A stretch of DNA of 64,000 bases from Plasmodiophora brassicae (Eukaryota). A program made the translations under genes and the position numbers. The stretch is from assembly GCA_036867785.1 (NCBI GenBank), contig CP145420.1, positions 62,001 through 126,000 on the forward strand, given 5' to 3'. A model generated the notes under the pieces. That model was not told where the DNA came from and ran no database searches. It saw only the letters and a list, made by a program, of their open reading frames with translations. Position 1 is the stretch's first letter. Each line of letters starts with the position of its first letter. Shown piece after piece: positions 11,463 through 22,933 of the stretch.

Positions 11463-12182
11463 TCAGCGACAAGGATTTATTGGAGAAACGGTGCCACGTG
11501 ATGATGGGTGTTCGATTGGTGCAGGTTCAGAGTGGAGCGCCCGCCAGTTCCGTCCACTCGACGACGACCGGGGCACCGGGCCCCCGGTCCAGGACGTCGA
11601 ACGGACTCGTCGACTGCGTTCCCAACGCGTCGTCGTACAGGCCTGGGCTGCACGTGGCCGGTGGTGCCTCGACGTGGTGCGGGCGGTCGGTCGTCTCCAG
11701 GACGATGGTAAGAGTGTCTGCGCCATAACACTAACCTGAATACCAGCAATAGCAGTGACGCCGAAGAACGTACAGATCGGCACGACGTGATCCGCGTTCA
11801 TGATGCGATCCAGCTGCGACGCGTACCAGGACGGCGTGTGGCACGGCTGGCAGGCGCCGAACGTGCCATACAGCAGCGGACAGACTTGGACCGAGATGAG
11901 GATCGGAGTGACAGCGGCGGCCTCAATGATCCACGATCCGCTTGTGGTTGTCGCCCACGGCAGGGGCAGGTCGACGCTCGAGTGCGGTTCCGGGGAGCGA
12001 GGCACGACAGGGCGTCCATCGCCATCGACGGTGGCAACCTCTGTCGATGCACCAGGGTTGGCAGGTCGTCGGCGCCGCAGATGACGGGCCACCTGTTTCA
12101 CGGCCTTCGCCGCCTTCTTCTTCAAGGCTGTGAGCGCCTTCTTCAGCACCTTCATCATCGTGTCGTCGACGTCGCCCAACAC
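11463..12182 (-). CDS. Orphan ORF with basic amphipathic N-terminus, copy 1 of 3
   Basis: MMKVLKKALTALKKKAAKAVKQVARHLRRR ORF, near-identical at 14937 and 18707; no recognisable domain. Confidence 0.4.
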   Translation of the reverse strand: MLGDVDDTMMKVLKKALTALKKKAAKAVKQVARHLRRRRPANPGASTEVATVDGDGRPVVPRSPEPHSSVDLPLPWATTTSGSWIIEAAAVTPILISVQVCPLLYGTFGACQPCHTPSWYASQLDRIMNADHVVPICTFFGVTAIAGIQVSVMAQTLLPSSWRRPTARTTSRHHRPRAAQACTTTRWERSRRVRSTSWTGGPVPRSSSSGRNWRALHSEPAPIEHPSSRGTVSPINPCR

Positions 12183-12608
12183 CGATCAATAGCAGAGTGA
12201 CGAACCTCCGAGATCTGTGCTCGAGTTCAGGCACAGTGGGGTTGCCGCGTGCCTACGCGCGCATCGCTCCGACTGGGGGCGCGATCGGCCGACCGGGTGC
12301 CCCCGAGGCAACGTGTCTCGTGCAGGACCAGTCGGCCGTAACTGTGTTCCTCGGCGGCACGCTTGCGAATTAGATTGGCGAAGGCGTCTGCGTTCTGGCA
12401 CTGCCTAGCTCGGTCTACGCACGTAGGCCGACGATGTTGTCGGTGAAGAATCAACGGTTCTCGTCAGGCCGGCGTCGTCTCTGACGTTCGAGTGTTGGTG
12501 GTGGTGGTCAGGTGGTGGTGTGTATTGCCCCTGCCCTGGGCCTGGCGGAGCGCGCGGGGCGCATTTTTGCATCGGTCGGTGCGCCGCTGTGGTGGTCGTC
12601 GTGCTGCC

Positions 12609-13103
12609 ATGTCGTCGATCAAGTCGGCGATGCTGATGATGCGGGCGATCCCGGGGCGGGCGTCCCGGGCGCTGTACGGCGGGAAGCAGAAGCTGTTCGG
12701 GAACAACGTCAGCCATTCCAACCGCAAGTACGGTTGCGTTGCGGGCTGGGCACGGCGTCCCCTGCTGACGGGTCGGTGTGTGCAGGACCCGCCGATGCTG
12801 GAACCCGAATGTGCAGAACAAGCGGTTCTACTCGGACATCCTGGGCCACAACCTCAGGCTGCGCGTGACCACTCACGTTATGCGATGCATCGACAAATAC
12901 GGCGGTAGCGGGGGGCGTGCAAGGCGCTCTGTTTCCCACTCTGACTTGCCCTGCGACCCCGGTCAGGGTTCGACAACTACATTCTCAAGATGAAGGAGAA
13001 GCACCTCGCGTCGCCGCTGGCGCTGAACATCAAGCAGCGGCTGCTGGCGAAACTGGAAGAGAACCAGGCCAACGTACCGCCCGCATCCTCAGGCCCGACG
13101 TAA
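12609..13103 (+). CDS. MRPL28: Mitochondrial ribosomal protein bL28m (2 introns)
   Basis: RASRALYGGKQKLFGNNVSHSNRK|TRRCWNPNVQNKRFYSDILG..LRVTTHVMRCIDKYGG|FDNYIL. Confidence 0.9.
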
Positions 13104-13242
13104 CACTGTCCTGCATTACATAACAGGCGTACAGCGCACCCAGGATTCTGTCGACTACATCAGGGCGGGCCACCGCCACGGTTCGCGCGTGTGCCTGCAG
13201 AGGAGTGTATTCGCCCGAGCGATCGGGTCGCAGCGTATCATT

Positions 13243-14181
13243 CTATGCGGCCGGGCCGGACGTGAACAGGTCCAGCAGCGCCATCGCCGTGTGATGGTCA
13301 CCTGTATCGGGTGTCTCGCCCACCATCTCCACCTGCGGCTGCTCGTCGTCGCTGTCCCCGCCTTCGCCCCGTTGCGATCGTTCGCCCGCTTGTGCGCACG
13401 ACCAGCAAATGCTGACGGCGTCGACGCCCGTGCTGGCGTCCTTACGTACCTGGACGAACGTTCCCGACGCCGGGTACTTGCCCAGAACGGCCCATGGCGG
13501 CGGCCTGATCGACAGGGGCGCCCACGACGACGTGTCGCTGTCCAGCCAGGCGCCACAGTCGCAGCAGCACGACAACGACGACGGCGACGATGCCGTCGTC
13601 GCTCCCTCCGCATGGAGTCGCAGGCGTCGCTCGATGACGTCCTGGGGCGCGTCCGGGAACATCTCGCACAACCGTCGGCATTGTTGCTGGCGGTCGCCTT
13701 CGTCCATGGCGACGATCGCCTCCTGTAGCTGCTGGTGTCGCTGCCGGATCGTGTCCCACTGTTCGTCCTGCTTCGTCTTCGTCGGCGACGCATGCGACGA
13801 CGGGTCGCTGTCGACGATCCTCCAGAGCAGGGCGGTCGCCGACAGCGACTCGGGGCGCTTGGCCTCGTTCAGCCACCGGTAGATGGTTGTCGTCGACGCG
13901 ACGCCCGGGAACGTGTCCAGGACGTCGACGACGCGGCAGGGTCGCCCGGCGCGGATCTGCGACGTGATGTAGGCCCTGGCCAGCGACCGCATGTTGACCT
14001 GGCCCGGGTTCTCCAGGGCGGCCCGCGCCTGGGCGATCCACCGGTAGATGCTGCGGCACGTGGCAACGTCGGCGAACTCCTGCTGGACCTGCTGGACGGT
14101 GATCTCCTGCCCGGCCCGGATCTGCTCGCTGATGAACGCCTTCGCCGATGCGAGGCGCTCGCCGTTCCGTCGTGCCATCAT
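13243..14181 (-). CDS. Hypothetical protein with two tandem HTH-like repeats and a CxxC...CxxC motif
   Basis: Internal repeat AKAFISEQIRAG...RSIYRWIAQAR / ARAYITSQIRAG...TTIYRWLNEAK; CCDCGAWL...ICWSC; GC3-rich codons. Confidence 0.6.
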   Translation of the reverse strand: MMARRNGERLASAKAFISEQIRAGQEITVQQVQQEFADVATCRSIYRWIAQARAALENPGQVNMRSLARAYITSQIRAGRPCRVVDVLDTFPGVASTTTIYRWLNEAKRPESLSATALLWRIVDSDPSSHASPTKTKQDEQWDTIRQRHQQLQEAIVAMDEGDRQQQCRRLCEMFPDAPQDVIERRLRLHAEGATTASSPSSLSCCCDCGAWLDSDTSSWAPLSIRPPPWAVLGKYPASGTFVQVRKDASTGVDAVSICWSCAQAGERSQRGEGGDSDDEQPQVEMVGETPDTGDHHTAMALLDLFTSGPAA

Positions 14182-14621
14182 CGCGCGCCGGGAGAAGTCA
14201 CACACGCACGTACACAATTTCGATTATGTCGTGCTAAGCATGCAATGCTGCAGCGGGGAGATCGTCGAGGCGTACTTGTCGTAGTAATCCGCCCCCTAGG
14301 TGGTACATATTGACAACCAGCAGCAATCTTTGTCGACCCTGGTACGTTGAGGTGGTAGATTCGACTTCGCACACACCTATATCGACGGGCACCAGGCACA
14401 CGGGTGCTCCTACCGACGGCTGCCTGCGCCTACGTGCATGTCGCCATACACAGGTTCGTTTGACTGGCGACGAATGCCCAAATGCAGTGCCGGGAAGATC
14501 GGGTACGTCGGGACTATGTACTCTGTTAGATCTTCGAAGTACCCTGCGTGTCAGTGTAACTCATTGTACCGGCACAACGCCTGTGAACGTGCAATGACAG
14601 CAGGCAATAGGAGACCAAAGA

Positions 14622-16263
14622 CCGGGTCCGTCGACACCACCAGCTGACGCATCTCCATCGCGGGAATGTCATCCGCCGGTGCACTGTATGTCCTCAGCGC
14701 CGATCATCGACTGGAGCCTGCATCTTCCAGAGCAGCCCGGATCGGAACGGGGGCAACCGTGCGCGCGCCGTACACAGTTACGGCCGACTGCTCCTGCACG
14801 AGACACGTTGCCTCGGGGGCACCCGGTCGGCCGATCGCGCCCCCAGTCGGAGCGATGCGCGCGTAGGCACGCGGTAACCCCACTGTGCCTGAACTCGAGC
14901 ACAGATCTCGGAGGTTCGTCACTCTGCTATTGATCGGTGTTGAGCGACGTCGACGACACGATGATGAAGGTGCTGAAGAAGGCGCTCACAGCCTTGAAGA
15001 AGAAGGCGGCGAAGGCCGTGAAACAGGTGGCGCGTCATCTGCGGCGCCGCCGACCTGCCAACCCTGGTGCATCGACAAAGGTTGCCACCGTCGATGGTGC
15101 TGGACGCCCTGTCGTGCTGCGCTCCCCGGAACCGCACTCGAGCGTAGACCTGCCCCTGCCGTGGGCGACAACCACAAGCGGATCGTGGATCAATGAGGCC
15201 GCCGCTGTCACTCCGATCCTCATCTCGGTCCAAGTCTGTCCGCTGCTGTATGGCACGTTCGGCGCCTGCCAGCCGTGCCACACGCCGTCCTGGTACGCGT
15301 CGCAGCTGGATCGCATCATGAACGCGGACCACGTCGTGCCGATCTGTACGTTCTTCGGCGTCACTGCTATTGCTGGTATTCAGGTTAGTGTTATGGCGCA
15401 GACACTCTTACCATCGTCCTGGAGACGACCGACCGCCCGCACCACGTCGAGACGCCACCGGCCACGTGCAGCCCAGGCCTGTACGACGACGCATTGGGAA
15501 CGCAGTCGACGAGTCCGTTCGACGTCCTGGACCGGGGGCCCGGTGCCCCGGTCGTCGTCGAGTGGAATGGAACTGGCGGGCGCTCCACTCTGAACCTGCA
15601 CCAATCGAATACCCGTCATCATGGGGCACCGTTTCTCCAATAAACCCTTGTCGCTGAGCGTTCTGGAATTCGGGGACGCCCTCGTCATCGTGTGCACCTG
15701 AGCTAGTGTGGCGGCCAACCAAGCCCCCCGCACGTCAACGCCAATGCCACCGGCGCATCGCGTCTGCATATCAGCGACGCAAAGCGAGCGGCCGCAGCAG
15801 GACCAGCTGTTGATTGCCGACCAGGGCGGAGTAGCGCGCAACGTCGCAGGTACGCGTGCAGTCGACTTGATCAGGGCAGGGCGCGCGTTGCCCGGATGAC
15901 ATCGTCCGGCCCCATCCCGACAGTCCTCTACTGCAGCGCAGCGCCAGCGAACATTCGATGCGGCTGTCCGGGCTTTGCAGCTCGCACAGTGCACGGGCCT
16001 CCCTGTCGTAGGTACACTGCAGTGTGTAGGTAGTAGCCACGGACGTCGCCGTCGCAGTCGCCGGCAGTGCGCAGTCGGAATGCGCCGATCTGGGCTGGGT
16101 CGTGCCGACCCAGGGTACAGCAGCGCCGGCCGCACGTACAACGCCATTGGTGAGGTCTGGGGCGTGGTGCAGCCTGGGCAGGACCGGAAACCCGACGCAC
16201 AATGGTACAGCAATAGTCGAGACTACTGGGAGACCACCGATCTCACCGTTAATGGCGTCCTTG
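14622..16263 (+). repeat. Segmental duplication copy B (orphan ORF 14937-15593 plus NTMT1 5' end)
   Basis: Matches copy A inverted and copy C direct; a small indel truncates the ORF to 218 aa. Confidence 0.9.
16080..16263 (+). pseudogene. Duplicated first exon of NTMT1
   Basis: MRRSGLGRADPGYSSAGRTYNAIGEVWG..WYSNSRDYWETTDLTVNGVL; the rest of the gene is missing. Confidence 0.85.
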
Positions 16264-16268
16264 TAAAC

Positions 16269-18433
16269 ATGAATGCCGGCCATGACCTGTTGTTAGACTT
16301 GCTGGGGGCACTTGTGCGCTCTCCTCATGTCCACACTGTTGCTCCGCAACTCTGTCCATTATTAAAACGATGACGGTGATGAGGTCGGTACTTCTCCTAC
16401 CTATCCGCTCTTCTCTTTGGCGGGTACGCGATCCTGCCGGCCTGGGATGTGCATGCGGCATCGTCGGTGCTCGGCCCTCTGCTTCCGGACGGGTGCGCAT
16501 TGGTCCAATCCGGGGTCATACAGTCCCTCATGATGTACGGGCCGAACCCTGTCCGACTCTTCCCCAAATCCATGTCCCACGACGTCGGCGGGATCTTGAC
16601 CGTCTCCCGTTTCAGTACGCTTCCCGATCTGCCCGACTGGATCCGACTGCATCAAGTCGTCCGCCAGCATCCCAACGCACGCCGATCCCTGTCCTCGTCC
16701 AATCTGTCTACAAGACCTTCCCCGGTCCGACCCGGAAAGAGTTCCGCAAGCTGTTCGGGATGATTCGTACGCCATTGCACGACGTTGCCATGCCGGACGA
16801 TTTCATGCAGCTGGCCGTGCTAGGTCGGATCTGCCTCGGCGCCGGCTCGCTTGCTGATCTGGGTATATCCAACGCGTCGAGTTACACGAGGGATGACTAC
16901 GATCGGATCTGCAGGGCGTCGACCATGCATCCGTCGGCGTTAACGAGCGATATCGTGTACTTATGCCTGTTCGGGGAAAGCAGGTACCCGCCGGCGCAGA
17001 CCTGGCGAACCAGCATCCCGTGGGCGGATCGATCGGGAACGTACTCGGACTGTGTGGAGACCGCCGCTCTCAACTTGCTGACCGCTATCCTTTACGACGT
17101 CAACACGACGACCATCAGTCGACTGCATCGCCTTCGCTCCCCAGAGCTGATCGCCTTCTACCACCGATTCCAGACGCCGTCGGCGTTGGCCACTGAGCTT
17201 TGCCATATAGAGTTCGCCCAGGTCATCCGGGAGCGGTGCCGCCAGGTCGTTGCGTTCGTCCATCCCGGCAGCGCATCGGAGGTGAAATCGGGCCGGGCCA
17301 ACTTCGCCAATCTCGTCCACTGCCTGGCCGGGATCGAATTCGACGCGCTCCTCGCCGACTTTGTTGTCTGTCGCGACCAAGACACGTTCACGTTTGCCTG
17401 ACGGTACCGAGATGGTCGTTGAGCATGCTGACAGGCACACAGCGTTGCGATACGTGACCATCGGCGAAACCTTGGTCAAAGACGGCGGACCTGTGCCCAA
17501 CCCCACGAATCCGGCGCTGTGGTTCGGCGTCTGCGATTCAGAGGTGCACCCCGTGTTCCAACATGGTGAATACGCGGTTGTCGCCGGGTACGAATCGGCG
17601 TAGATGCCAAGCCGGGTCCATCCAAACGATGTCTGGGTGTGGAATTTCGCGCGGCTCACCGAACGATCGGCGGATGTCGTGTCCGACATATTCCTTCGCG
17701 TGTCCGGATTGAAACGGCCGCGGAATTACCAATGTGGTTTGCAAGGTTTCTGTTGCCGCACGGCCATGACGACATTCTTTCGATTCTATGCGACCTGCGT
17801 GGCGTGTATCACGCGGGCCTACCGAGGCTCATGGCGGTATCAGCCCTCGCGAACGCGTTGCAGGACGCTGCTGATCTGCCCCCGATCATGTCCGTCGTTC
17901 TCGACATGTTCGAGGCTCGCGTTGCCGATCTGGCCAACCTGGATATGTCGCCCGACTCCGATGACTATGCCCTGCTACGCCTGCACGCCCATCTCCGGTA
18001 TTCGAACACGACATCGGATCAGGTGTTGGCAATACTGCGGGATCCCAACACCAACAGTACCGACGGTCTCGACCGGTTTGCCATTGACGTGTTCCGGCGA
18101 TCGCTGAACGAGACTGTCGCACACCTTGCTAATCTATGCGACCGTTCGATGCGTTTCTGTCCGGCGGGCTTGTCGGTGCTGGAGGCGATGGGACGCGTAG
18201 AGTACCGCGACTGGGTGACGCTGGACGTGTTCGAAGATATCGTCCGCGCTGCGACAAAGTATTCCATGCTGCTCCCTGGGAATATCTTTGACCTGTTCGC
18301 TGACCATTTGTCACTCGACGGGGTGGACGCGGTTCACGCCAGCATCCCCCGGCCTGGCAGCGCCGGCCCGCCACGATTGTGCTGGGTTCACTTAGGCGCC
18401 CCCCGATACCGGGACCGTCGACCCACCTGCTGA
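16269..18433 (+). pseudogene. Long intronless frameshifted gene relic carrying a YSDCVETAALNLL..LYD motif
   Basis: Protein-like segments alternate between frames near 16675, 17395 and 17705, with an in-frame TAG at 17601-17603 and no evident intron signals at the shifts. Confidence 0.6.
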
Positions 18434-19462
18434 CGCATCTCCAGCGCGGGAATGCCATCCGTATATAATCGGCTAATGGTCTGGAGCCTGCATCTTCCAG
18501 AGCAGCCCGGATCGGAACGGGGGCAACCGTGCGCGCGCCGTACACAGTTACGGCCGACTGCTCCTGCACGAGACACGTTGCCTCGGGTGCACCCGGTCGG
18601 CCGATCGCGCCCCCAGTCGGAGCGATGCGCGCGTAGGCACGCGGCAACCCCACTGTGCCTGAACTCGAGCACAGATCTCGGAGGTTCGTCACTCTGCTAT
18701 TGATCGGTGTTGGGCGACGTCGACGACACGATGATGAAGGTGCTGAAGAAGGCGCTCACAGCCTTGAAGAAGAAGGCGGCGAAGGCCGTGAAACAGGTGG
18801 CGCGTCATCTGCGGCGCCGCCGACCTGCCAACCCTGGTGCATCGACAGAGGTTGCCACCGTCGATGGTGCTGGACGCCCTGTCGTGCCGCGCTCCCCGGA
18901 ACCGCACTCGAGCGTAGACCTGCCCCTGCCGTGGGCGACAACCACAAGCGGATCGTGGATCATTGAGGCCGCCGCTGTCACTCCGATCCTCATCTCGGTC
19001 CAAGTCTGTCCGCTGCTGTATGGCACGTTCGGCGCCTGCCAGCCGTGCCACACGCCGTCCTGGTACGCGTCGCAGCTGGATCGCATCATGAACGCGGATC
19101 ACGTCGTGCCGATCTGTACGTTCTTCGGCGTCACTGCTATTGCTGGTATTCAGGTTAGTGTTATGGCGCAGACACTCTTACCATCGTCCTGGAGACGACC
19201 GACCGCCCGCACCACGTCGAGGCACCACCGGCCACGTGCAGCCCAGGCCTGTACGACGACGCGTTGGGAACGCAGTCGACGAGTCCGTTCGACGTCCTGG
19301 ACCGGGGGCCCGGTGCCCCGGTCGTCGTCGAGTGGACGGAACTGGCGGGCGCTCCACTCTGAACCTGCACCAATCGAACACCCATCATCACGTGGCACCG
19401 TTTCTCCAATAAATCCTTGTCGCTGAGCGTTCTGGAAATCGGGGACGCCCTCGTCATCGTGT
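18409..19462 (+). repeat. Segmental duplication copy C (orphan ORF 18707-19426)
   Basis: Direct match to 14622-15692; bracketed by a 25-bp direct repeat. Confidence 0.9.
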
Positions 19463-20024
19463 GCTGGTCCGGCGGCCAGTCAAGCCCCACACGTCATCGC
19501 CAAGTTAGGCGGCAGAACGCCAGCATCCCCCGGCCTGGCAGTGCCAGTGCCAGGCCGGGTTTTAGTAAGTACTTTTCTTGTCGGCGTCCGTCCGAAGGCT
19601 ACCCCCGGTCGTTTGCCTTCGGATGGGCTCCAGTCGTTCCTTCGGAATAGGTAGGTGAGTGCATAGTGCATTCGTTACCCGGGTAATGGTCAGTTTCGTA
19701 TGGGCGCCTCCAGGAAGGGAATCTCCACATCGCGACGGGCAAGCAATCGGGAGACCCTTTTCCAAGTGCCCGTCCTGTAAACGACGTCTGCGAGAAATGG
19801 TGACCCTTGCCATTCAGATATCGGGTGCGTCATTCAGAATGCCATCCGCATTTGTGGATGCCGGGCCGTTATATCGACAAAGGCTTCGTCGGCGGCAGTC
19901 TCTGGAGGCAGATGACGACCGGCAGCTGCGCGTCGATTGAAGACTCACCCCATGCCCTCACCAACGCCCTCGTTGATCATCTTCTAAACGCAGTGCTGGA
20001 GCACATACGAACACGTTAACGCGA

Positions 20025-20376
20025 GCGTCGACCTGCCGCTGCCATGGGCAACAACCACGAGCGGGTCCTGGATCATCGAGGCCGCCGCGATCACCCGATC
20101 CTGATCTCCGTCCGAGTCAGTAGGCTGCTGTATGGCACGTTCAGCGCCTGCCAGCCCTGCCGCACGGCGTCCCGGTACTCATCGTCGCCGCATCATGAAC
20201 GTGGATCACGTCCCTGCGACGACGAGTACCGGGACGGCGTGAGGCAGGACTGGCAGGGGACGAACGTGGCATACAGCGTACTGACTCGGACAGAAACCAG
20301 CGTCGGGGTGATCGCGGCGGCCTCAAGATCCAGGACCCGCTCGTGGTCGTAGCCCATGGCAGGAGCAGGTCGACGC
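20025..20376. repeat. Fold-back inverted repeat 1 (arms 20025-20188 and 20216-20376), derived from the triplicated orphan ORF
   Basis: GCGTCGACCTGCCGCTGCCATGGG...GTACTCATCGTCGC pairs with GCGACGACGAGTAC...CCCATGGCAGGAGCAGGTCGACGC. Confidence 0.85.
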
Positions 20377-20676
20377 ACGAGGGACAGTTCCGGGGAGCGC
20401 GGCACGGGACGGTGCTGTATACGTTCTTCGGCGCCACCGCTCGTCCGCCGTTGCTGATCTTCAGGTGCTTGTTGTGGCGCAGACACTCCATACATGTTCC
20501 TGAAGACCGACGGCGGCCTGTATATCGAGAATCCATCGACCACGTCGTGCAACCCGGTCCGTCCTGTACGACGACGCACTGCGCGCAGTCGGCGGGCCCG
20601 ATCGACTGTGGCTGGACCTGGCGCCCGGTGCTCCGGTCATCGTCGACTGGAACCACCTGTCATCTTGAGAACTAGT

Positions 20677-22860
20677 ATGCCTACGTACACGTGCAACCCC
20701 CTTTTCTGGAATCAGCGTATGATTATCAGCGACACGGTATGCGATTGGCGAAACGCCACTGGGCACTGGCCCGACAAGTCGTCCCATTGGTGCAAAGCTG
20801 CGAGGCGCGCGCAGTTGGAAGTTTGCCGCGCCATCATCAATGGGCGATGGCGACGACGTGTCATTCCTGTTGCGGACACTGACCCGACTGAACGTTGTCC
20901 GCGCCGTCCCCGACAATGCGCCCTGCAGCGACCTGGAGAGGATGCCCGCCGACCCGGACGAACGGCAGAGATTCGTCGACGCCGTCATGGGTCGGTTTCG
21001 CGGACGGGACGTGCCGCCCGGGGCGCTGGACGCGAATTGGCCAGCGCTGCAGAGCAAGTTCCTGGAGCAGCTGGCCGATTCGCGACAGGCGATCGCGGAA
21101 TTCTCGACGCACGCCGAGTTCCTGCGATGCTTCGTCCCGATGCTGTTCAACCGCAGCCTGGCCAGCGCAGCGGCGATGATCCTGCTCAATGCGATCGAGA
21201 CGGCGGCAGGCCCGCCTCGCATGGTGGACGCGATCTTGGCCGAGGACGTCGCACCCGCCATCAACCGCGTCCTCGTTCGCCATGGGACCACCCTGGACAC
21301 GCTGGCCTGCATTGCGGAATTGCTGGAGTGCATCGCTGAGCACCGGCAGTGCCGGGACGCGTCGGCGTTCCATGCCGACCAGCGGATTCTGGCGAAGGCC
21401 TGTGCAGACGGGTTCGCCAGGTGCACTGCCTTGTACAATCAGCTGTCCGGACCGTGCGACGATGCATCCATCGAGGCGTTCATCGAGCACTCGCTGGACG
21501 TCAGGTACGGATCGTTCTGCGCCGACCTGACTGCCCGCCTGACTGTCCTGCGATCCCTGCCAGTGACTATGACCTGCAAGAGCGCTACAAGGAAGGCGCG
21601 GCGATCGTGGCTGTAGCGGTGGAGTCGCTCGCGCGGGCGGCTTTGCTGCTGCACCTGTCCTGCAGCGAGTATGGCCTCGGTATCAAACGTGCTACTGCGC
21701 TTGTTGAATGCTGCTGCCCAGGATCGTCTCGGTGGCAGGCGATCATTCGCCCCTGCCGTCAATGGCTCTGGAGGCGCTCAGCAAACCGGGTGGCGTACGC
21801 GAATGGCGGCCCCCGTTCCTGTCGGCGTGTTTCCTGGCTGACTTGCTGGATGCCAGCTCGCACCTGGATCATCATTTTCGGCACAATCGCATGGAGCACT
21901 CTACGTCCAGAGGGAGCGCCGACCGGGTCTATGCGGAGGACCAGGAGCGATTGTGGGATCGGCAAGAACAGCGGGTGTTGCACCTTGTATCCACCGATTC
22001 AGGATTGCAGCGCCTGACAGCCATTGTCGACTGGATCGTGTCTCGGGCACGCCAAGACGACGGCAGGCGTGTAGAGCGAAGTGAAGGCGCTGATGACGCG
22101 ACGGACGCCTCGCCCGCCTGCGATATTGCATGCGTCGCCCCGGTGGCCAGTAGCCTCATGTCGTGTATTGCAAACATCGGCCTCCTGAAGCCGCTACCGC
22201 TGCCGCTGCTGTCTAGTCTGTGCGCCCTCGTGAAGGTCGGCGCTGGCAGTCATCCGAGCGCGCGTGCCTCGGTGCTAACTGCGACTTCCTAGGGCATGCC
22301 TGCGCCGTTCTTCGCCACCAGGGATCGGGTAATCAGTATGCGTCGCGACCAGAGGCATTTCCCGGCTGCTGTCTCGGAGTCGGTCGCGTTGGTCCTGCTT
22401 CAGTGCAAGGCCATCCACGACCAGGACCTCCCCGGCGTCGGCAGCGCCGAGCTCGTGTCCCTCTGCAGGAACGCTTGTCGAAGTGCGCACAGGCGAGGTC
22501 GGGACCGCCTGTCTCGAGGTACGCGGTGGGGCAGGAGGTCGCGTTCCCGAGTACCTACTGATGCGCAAATCGCTGCCCAGGGGACGCCGCTGCCGCCATA
22601 CCGGCGCTGTCCACCGCCATCAGGCTGTACGAGCTCGACGCCGACTGCAACGAGTACGCCGAGTGTCTGTCCGACAGGTACGTTCGGCGTCGGATGTGGG
22701 GAGGCCTCCTCAGATACGAACAGCCAGGTCGGAATGCTTCGTGCAGCAGCGTCAGTACGCTGCCGCGTTCGTCGATGCGCGCCGGGCCGTCGACGTGTGC
22801 CCAGACGACCGTCTGCTGCAAGAGCGCCTCGGTCAGGTCGAATACAACCTACCTCGATGA
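20677..22860 (+). pseudogene. Fragmented helical-repeat/TPR-like gene relic
   Basis: Successive protein-like ORFs (20840, 21349, 21708, 22296, 22483) are linked by frameshifts and a stop; C-terminal RSECFVQQRQYAAAFVDARRAVDVCP is TPR-like. Confidence 0.45.
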
Positions 22861-22933
22861 GCGACATCGCCCGTCTGTCGGTTCGGTTGGGGGGCGGCCG
22901 CCTGGCGCAGCCTCTCGCCCACGTTGTATATCG

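Larger units (their letters stand above)
10646..12347 (-). repeat. Segmental duplication copy A (inverted relative to 14772-16263)
   Basis: Reverse complement matches 14772-16263 almost base for base, apart from the 206-bp insertion and its TSD. Confidence 0.92.
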
